DNA of 4,742 nt, taken from the IMG/VR virus record IMGVR_UViG_2740892258_000009. One strand, written 5' to 3'. Source of the stretch: a virus. Lineage: Duplodnaviria > Heunggongvirae > Uroviricota > Caudoviricetes. Below the pieces are notes generated by a model that was given only the letters and a program-made list of their open reading frames with translations, made no database searches and was not told the origin of the DNA. The translations under genes were made by a program, and so were the position numbers. Below, piece after piece: positions 1-3,341 of this stretch (positions are counted from its first letter, which is position 1; each line of letters begins with the position of its first letter).

Positions 1-117
1 ATGGATTGGGTTATGAGCCCGTCGTCCGGTGATGCTCTTCTCTGTTTTGCAAAAAAGGACGGTACCAGCCGGAAGCAAGGGTACAAACTGGTACCGCCAG
101 GACTACACACAGCATAA
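1..117 (+). CDS. 3' end (38 codons) of an unidentified gene entering from the left edge
   Basis: Frame +1 is open from the window edge to TAA 115-117 (..DWVMSPSSGDALLCFAKKDGTSRKQGYKLVPPGLHTA*). The composition is protein-like but I recognise no family. A 9-bp inverted repeat (60-68 / 88-96) lies inside it, so it could equally be non-coding. Confidence 0.3.
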   Translation: MDWVMSPSSGDALLCFAKKDGTSRKQGYKLVPPGLHTA

Positions 118-346
118 AGTTGTGGTGCCGGGTGCCTCCCGGTGCCTGGCGAAGGTTGCACACCAGGCGGGTGGGTATCCACAGAAGGTCGACTGTCAGC
201 CTCAACCTTAACCCGCGTGCGCTGAGCCGCATTCACCACAACGCTAAGGATTCTCTCTGGTTGAAAATACTTAGCTGTTATGTGCCTGCTTTTAGCCACA
301 TCAGGCGAGGTGGACCTGGTTATTCCCCAACAACAAGGATTCGGTT

Positions 347-372
347 AATCTGGATATCCCCAACAACAATAA
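347..372. repeat. Left arm of the 26-bp inverted repeat bracketing the zinc-ribbon gene
   Basis: AATCTGGATATCCCCAACAACAATAA (347-372) against the reverse complement of 901-926, AATCTGGATATCCACAACAGTAGTAA. The outer 13 nt are identical and 22/26 match overall. The inner edge abuts the putative SD (371-375). Confidence 0.8.
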
Positions 373-383
373 GAGTATTCAAT

Positions 384-899
384 GTGATCGCTGAATTAAC
401 GGCAGCAATGACGGCTATTCGTGAAACAGCCCAGATTGCAAAACTAATGAACGAGGCAAAAACTCAAGCTGAAGTAAATGCGGCTATTGGTGAGCTGAAC
501 TCAAAGCTTGCGTCTATTCAGCGCGAATGCGTGTCTCTCGTTGAACTGGTGGGCTCTTATCAAGAAATAAATGCTTCTCTCAAAGCTAAAATTGCAGAAT
601 TCGAAAACTTTGAGGCTCAGACGGAAGGCTATATCCTTAACCAACTTGAGTCGGGTACTTTTGTATACTCGAAGGAGGTAATCGTGAACGGTGGCAGCAT
701 AACCATGCATCTTTGCCCAAAATGTTTTGGACAAAAGATAGTATCGATACTTCAACCATTCCCGGTTAGCGAAGATGAGCTTTTTCATAAAAGCAGGTGC
801 CTCCACTGTGAAAATAAGTTTCTGATGAATAAAAATCCGGATTACGTATCGCCTCCATCCATTGAGGAGTTGTCCAGAAAACTTAACGGCAATCTGTAG
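384..899 (+). CDS. Hypothetical small protein with an N-terminal coiled coil and a C-terminal four-cysteine zinc ribbon (171 aa from GTG 384; 163 aa from ATG 408)
   Basis: This is the 3' two-thirds of track ORF 120..899. From MTAIRETAQIAKLMNEAKTQAEVNAAIGELNSKLASIQRE.. the sequence is heptad-like and Ala/Glu/Lys/Gln-rich. It is followed by CPKC (nt 714-725), 24 residues, then CLHC (nt 798-809). GTG 384 has AAGAG 8 nt upstream; ATG 408 has no SD. An intrinsic terminator follows 40 nt after the stop. The part of the track ORF upstream of 384 is Arg/Trp/His-rich and looks non-coding. Confidence 0.75.
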   Translation: MIAELTAAMTAIRETAQIAKLMNEAKTQAEVNAAIGELNSKLASIQRECVSLVELVGSYQEINASLKAKIAEFENFEAQTEGYILNQLESGTFVYSKEVIVNGGSITMHLCPKCFGQKIVSILQPFPVSEDELFHKSRCLHCENKFLMNKNPDYVSPPSIEELSRKLNGNL

Positions 900-900
900 A

Positions 901-926
901 TTACTACTGTTGTGGATATCCAGATT
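901..926. repeat. Right arm of the 26-bp inverted repeat bracketing the zinc-ribbon gene
   Basis: TTACTACTGTTGTGGATATCCAGATT begins 2 nt after the TAG stop (897-899). It is the reverse complement of 347-372 at 22/26 positions. GTT flanks both outer ends (344-346 and 927-929). Confidence 0.8.
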
Positions 927-937
927 GTTAAAGAGCT
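925..937 (-). promoter_or_regulatory. boxA-like (NusB/NusE-type antitermination) element on the minus strand
   Basis: The minus strand reads AGCTCTTTAACAA, matching 12/13 of the E. coli rrn-type boxA consensus TGCTCTTTAACAA as I remember it. It lies about 110 nt left of the OL-like palindrome, so it would sit in a leftward early transcript. It is preceded on that strand by the imperfect hairpin 956-939. Confidence 0.4.
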
Positions 938-938
938 A

Positions 939-961
939 AGCGTCCTGTAGGGCGCTTTTTT
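939..961 (+). terminator. Rho-independent terminator of the zinc-ribbon gene
   Basis: AGCGTCC-TGTA-GGGCGCT forms a 7-bp stem (one G-U pair) with a 4-nt loop, followed by a run of six T (956-961). On the minus strand the G-U becomes a C-A mismatch, so the structure favours the plus strand. Confidence 0.8.
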
Positions 962-1046
962 GTTGCTAACGAATCATCCGGTCATTCATACGCCACCGGC
1001 GGCTACTTCGTGGGCGTCCTGCCTGTCCGTGATAGCTTACATTATG

Positions 1047-1065
1047 TTGCTACTTAAAGTAGCAA
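1047..1065. promoter_or_regulatory. OL-type operator (perfect palindrome)
   Basis: TTGCTACTTAAAGTAGCAA is a perfect 19-bp palindrome. Its 17-bp core TGCTACTTAAAGTAGCA matches TGCTATTTTAAGTAGCA (3295-3311) at 15/17 positions and TTCTATTTTAAGTAGTT (3272-3288) at 12/17. Its position beyond the end of the repressor operon matches lambda OL. Possible half-sites are GGCTACTT at 1001-1008 and AAAGTAG at 1079-1085. Confidence 0.6.
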
Positions 1066-1069
1066 AAAT

Positions 1070-1098
1070 CAACAACAAAAAGTAGATATTTGTTGTTG
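1070..1098. repeat. 10-bp perfect inverted repeat CAACAACAAA / TTTGTTGTTG with a 9-nt spacer
   Basis: Arms are 1070-1079 and 1089-1098. The spacer AAGTAGATA contains an operator half-site whose centre lies 23 bp from the OL palindrome centre. The CAACAACAA core also occurs at 329-336 and 362-369. Confidence 0.5.
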
Positions 1099-1117
1099 TC
1101 TATGATTTTTCTATAAT
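1090..1117 (+). promoter_or_regulatory. Candidate sigma70 promoter firing rightward, antisense to the ParA-like gene 3' end
   Basis: Consensus -10 TATAAT at 1112-1117, with TTGTTG at 1090-1095 and a 16-bp spacer. The DNA is AT-rich, so chance matches are common. Confidence 0.3.
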
Positions 1118-1244
1118 TAATTGAAAGTTAAATGTTTTTGCTGATTTACTATGCTGTAAACTGAAAATATCGCACGAAGTTGGAGTAGGTATTGAGCATA
1201 GTGAATTATGAGGAGGGAGTTTTTTATGAGATTAATCAGGGAGA

Positions 1245-1276
1245 AAGAAGAGTAAAGCCCGGTTATGCGGCCGGGC
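1245..1276 (-). terminator. Probable intrinsic terminator of the repressor / ParA-like operon
   Basis: GC stem GCCCGG (1257-1262) / CCGGGC (1271-1276) with an 8-nt loop, 7 nt after the TAA stop (1286-1284). On the minus strand it is followed by UUUACUCUUCUUUCUC. The U tract is interrupted. Confidence 0.5.
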
Positions 1277-1283
1277 ACATGCA

Positions 1284-2360
1284 TTACTTTGTAAGTTCTA
1301 GAACTCGTTGAGCCAGCCCTTTAAATTGTTCGTTAAAGGCGTCTCTGCTTGATTTCATTGTATTTAAGGCATGCCCAAATTGCCCTGAATCGCGAATTTG
1401 CTGATCACTGATGGAGAAAACAGGTGTCGCTAGTTGTTGGCTTATTGCGATTAATGAGTTGAAATCGGAAATATGCGCAAGATCATAGGCTGATAAATCT
1501 CCACTGACTGTTGTTTTGTTAATTGCATGTTGCACTTTATCTCGTGGAATTATGCAGGTAATTTTTTCTAGATTTGGCACTAAGATCGAATCAACAGCAT
1601 CACGGATAGCTGCCATCCATTTTTCGAAAGATTTTACAGGTGCTCCTTTACGCGGCCTGTATCTCTGCTGAATCATACCTAGAAACTGCGGTGCATTTTT
1701 AATTGATTGTGAAGAGTTACCATCATTATTTTCTTTAAATAATGCTAATTCTTTGTGCCAGCGAGGTATATTTTTTGAGAGAGAGCGAATTGCTTGCCAG
1801 CAAAAAAAGTCTGGAGCTACAGGTACGATAAAATAGTCACTTGACATGAGAACTACTTCATTTAAACCTCCAACATTAGGGCTGAGATCATAAAGAATGT
1901 AATCAATATTATTCTTCATGGCGATTAGCTGTAATATTTTTGGCAGGTTCCCTGGTATATTTCTTGTAGCAGGAATACCAGCAGCAATTTTTAGAGAAAC
2001 ACTTATCTGTGAATCTAAGTCCGAAACATCTAAATGTCCGGGAAGAAGCAGAAGGTTTTCATGCAGTGTAGGGTGTAATTTTCCCGTTTCTTTTTCAAGG
2101 TATGCTTCAGGTTGTCCGCCATTAATCAAATATTCTACAATAGGTCCAAGAGTTAAGTTATCTCTGCTAGAATAAAAAGAATCTAAACCCTCATCAATCT
2201 TTTCATAGCCAAGAACCATTCCTGTTAGATTACATTGCGAATCAAGGTCAACCATCAATACTTTCTTGCCTTCATCCGCAAGTGCCCATCCAAGATTGAA
2301 GGTTGTTGTGGTTTTACTTACCCCACCTTTATGATTAAAAAAACAAATTGATTTTGTCAT
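1284..2360 (-). CDS. Orphan ParA/MinD-family P-loop ATPase (deviant Walker A), 358 aa
   Basis: Track ORF 1284..2360. The N-terminus MTKSICFFNHKGGVSKTTTTFNLG carries the KGGxxKT deviant Walker A with the signature lysine. VLMVDLDSQCNLT resembles the A'/switch motif and DYILYDLSPNVG resembles Walker B. AAGGA lies 9 nt upstream of the ATG. There is no N-terminal HTH extension, no recognisable effector domain and no adjacent ParB-like ORF. The gene is visibly more AT-rich than the genes on the replication side. Confidence 0.9.
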   Translation of the reverse strand: MTKSICFFNHKGGVSKTTTTFNLGWALADEGKKVLMVDLDSQCNLTGMVLGYEKIDEGLDSFYSSRDNLTLGPIVEYLINGGQPEAYLEKETGKLHPTLHENLLLLPGHLDVSDLDSQISVSLKIAAGIPATRNIPGNLPKILQLIAMKNNIDYILYDLSPNVGGLNEVVLMSSDYFIVPVAPDFFCWQAIRSLSKNIPRWHKELALFKENNDGNSSQSIKNAPQFLGMIQQRYRPRKGAPVKSFEKWMAAIRDAVDSILVPNLEKITCIIPRDKVQHAINKTTVSGDLSAYDLAHISDFNSLIAISQQLATPVFSISDQQIRDSGQFGHALNTMKSSRDAFNEQFKGLAQRVLELTK

Positions 2361-2413
2361 ATTTCTCTATCCTTTCGACCCCCAGCATATTGTAATTTAC
2401 GCTGGGTGATTAT

Positions 2414-2442
2414 TTTATATTGTTAATGATAATGTTTAATAA
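2414..2442 (-). promoter_or_regulatory. Candidate dedicated promoter for the ParA-like gene
   Basis: The minus strand has TTATTA (2442-2437), a 17-nt spacer, then TATAAA (2419-2414). The predicted transcript would begin with the stem CCCAGC/GCTGGG (2406-2401 / 2386-2381) ahead of the SD. The region is very AT-rich, so this call is weak. Confidence 0.25.
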
Positions 2443-2503
2443 AAATAAGAGAGTAAAACAACTATTAGTAATAGCACTTGCTTGATAAATATTATTTTTT
2501 CAC

Positions 2504-2536
2504 CTTTAGTTCTATAGTCTAAACGAAGAACTAAAG
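2504..2536 (-). other. 10-bp stem-loop spanning the repressor stop codon
   Basis: CTTTAGTTCT (2504-2513) and AGAACTAAAG (2527-2536) with a 13-nt loop. The TAG stop (2533-2531) lies in one arm. No U tract follows on the minus strand, so it is not a canonical terminator. Confidence 0.4.
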
Positions 2537-3235
2537 CCGGTTGTATTTAATTGATTCGTGTATCAATGCTTTGCCCATAACATAAAGTTGATCTTGGGAC
2601 TTCTCATCAATGTACCATTTCTCATAGGCTGGATTATCCGAAAGAACGGCGAGTTTGTTGCCTTGCATTTGTAGACGTTTAACGTGGAACGTCTTACCAT
2701 AAACGAAAGAGTAAACACCATCAGTTTGGAAGTTGCGAACAGAAATGTCGACAAACAGTCGATCTCCGGAAACTAGAGTAGGGGACATGCTGTCGCCATT
2801 TACAGTCATAACTTTAATATCATCTTGAGAACGATTACCGAAAAGAGAACGGGCATGCTCTGTTGTGAACTCAATGGCGTAGAGCACATCAACATAGTCT
2901 GAAAGCATATAGGTTCCAGGTCCTGCGCTAACGCTAAGATCCAAAACTTCTATCCTGTATACATCGGGTTTTGTTGGATTGGGGATGCTTGCCATTTCCT
3001 TACATCCTTCTCTCTCGCCAACACCATATTCTAAATATGAAGCTGATACCCCCAGAGCCAATGCAAGTTTATTCATGACAGAGGCACGAGGCTTCGCAGC
3101 GCCGATTGTGTATCGCCGCGCCATTTCATATGTAACGCCCACAAGACTTTTGAGTTGGGTGACAGAAATTCCCTTGTTTGTCATTAGCTCGTTTAGTCTC
3201 TTGGCGAAATCTGGATACTTCTGTTCTTCTACCAT
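2531..3235 (-). CDS. cI-like prophage repressor: N-terminal XRE-type HTH plus C-terminal S24 (LexA-like) autopeptidase domain
   Basis: Track ORF 2531..3292.
- HTH: FAKRLNELMTNKGISVTQLKSLVGVTYEMARRYTIG..KLALALGVSASYLEYG.
- Ala-Gly cleavage-type site: SVSAGPG.
- Ser nucleophile motif: NGDSMSPT.
- Lys motif: FHVKRL.

I place the start at ATG 3235 (MVEEQKYPDF.., 234 aa). The ATGs at 3292 and 3271 would put both operator-like 17-mers inside the coding sequence. No start has an SD, so the mRNA may be leaderless. Confidence 0.9.
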   Translation of the reverse strand: MVEEQKYPDFAKRLNELMTNKGISVTQLKSLVGVTYEMARRYTIGAAKPRASVMNKLALALGVSASYLEYGVGEREGCKEMASIPNPTKPDVYRIEVLDLSVSAGPGTYMLSDYVDVLYAIEFTTEHARSLFGNRSQDDIKVMTVNGDSMSPTLVSGDRLFVDISVRNFQTDGVYSFVYGKTFHVKRLQMQGNKLAVLSDNPAYEKWYIDEKSQDQLYVMGKALIHESIKYNRL

Positions 3236-3242
3236 AGGTAGA

Positions 3243-3271
3243 AGGTTACTCGCATCACATACGCTAGTCAT
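3243..3271 (-). promoter_or_regulatory. Candidate PRM-like maintenance promoter giving a leaderless repressor mRNA
   Basis: The minus strand has ATGACT (3271-3266), a 17-nt spacer, then TAACCT (3248-3243). The A of ATG 3235 lies 7 nt beyond the -10 hexamer. The operator 3272-3288 abuts the -35, similar to OR2/PRM in lambda. Confidence 0.3.
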
Positions 3272-3288
3272 TTCTATTTTAAGTAGTT
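3272..3288. promoter_or_regulatory. OR operator-like 17-mer (weaker copy)
   Basis: TTCTATTTTAAGTAGTT. It shares the 13-nt core CTATTTTAAGTAG with 3297-3309, and the centres are 23 bp apart. Confidence 0.6.
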
Positions 3289-3315
3289 GCATTCTGCTAT
3301 TTTAAGTAGCATCAT
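3287..3315 (+). promoter_or_regulatory. Candidate PR-like promoter for the cro-like operon
   Basis: TTGCAT (3287-3292), a 17-bp spacer, then CATCAT (3310-3315). The spacer is almost entirely occupied by the 3295-3311 operator. Confidence 0.35.
3295..3311. promoter_or_regulatory. OR operator-like 17-mer (strong copy)
   Basis: TGCTATTTTAAGTAGCA is a near-palindrome (one mismatch between half-sites) and matches the OL core at 15/17 positions. Confidence 0.65.
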
Positions 3316-3316
3316 C

Positions 3317-3333
3317 CCTCTGAATTTCAGAGG
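3317..3333. promoter_or_regulatory. Perfect 17-bp palindrome overlapping the cro-like SD
   Basis: CCTCTGAA-T-TTCAGAGG. The right arm overlaps GGAG (3332-3335), 6 nt before ATG 3342. The sequence is unrelated to the CTAYTTWAAGTAG operators. Confidence 0.4.
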
Positions 3334-3341
3334 AGAAAGGT

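Noticed and set aside
11-232. ORFs 11..232 (-) and 29..211 (+)
   Set aside because: Both run through hairpin-rich GC DNA, have Arg/Leu/Cys-rich nonsense-like translations and lack an SD. Frame +1 ending at 117 is the only protein-like reading there, and even that is low confidence.
120-383. N-terminal 88 codons of track ORF 120..899 (TTG start), which would make a 259-aa protein
   Set aside because: The translation is Arg/Trp/His/Pro-rich (MWCRVPPGAWRRLHTRRVGIHRR..) with no protein-like periodicity. It coincides with GC-rich hairpins and repeat motifs, and no SD precedes position 120. The protein-like sequence begins only around 384-408.
321-386. Two copies of TCCCCAACAACAA spaced 33 nt apart, considered as a type III toxin-antitoxin-style RNA repeat array
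   Set aside because: Only the 13-nt core is conserved and the rest of the 33-nt units do not align. There are only two units and no terminator lies between them and the gene. They are better explained as copies of the TGGATATCCCCAACAA motif family.
501-806. Minus-strand 101-aa ORF, considered as an N-like antiterminator because it lies downstream of the minus-strand boxA-like site and is basic and ~100 aa
   Set aside because: It has a GTG start with no SD and no N-terminal arginine-rich motif. Its aromatic-rich composition (YRYYLLSKTFWAKMHGY..) is typical of the antisense shadow of an Ala/Glu/Lys coiled-coil gene. The plus-strand zinc-ribbon protein is far more convincing.
1918-2175. Plus-strand 85-aa ORF inside the ParA-like gene
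   Set aside because: It is an antisense shadow ORF wholly within a well-supported gene, with no SD and a Cys/Phe/Arg-rich composition.
2426-2485. 19-aa plus-strand mini-ORF (MIMFNKNKRVKQLLVIALA*), considered as a type I toxin-like peptide in the repressor / ParA-like spacer
   Set aside because: It has no SD, its hydrophobic stretch is too short for a membrane helix, and ATG-rich AT-rich DNA yields such ORFs by chance.
2563-3305. ORFs 2563..2754 (-, alternative frame) and 2979..3305 (+, antisense) within the repressor gene
   Set aside because: Both are embedded in the repressor CDS, whose HTH and S24 motifs fix the true frame. Neither has an SD or recognisable motifs.
3317-3333. The palindrome considered as a LexA (SOS) box
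   Set aside because: It reads CTG-N5-CAG, not the CTGT-N8-ACAG geometry of enterobacterial LexA boxes.
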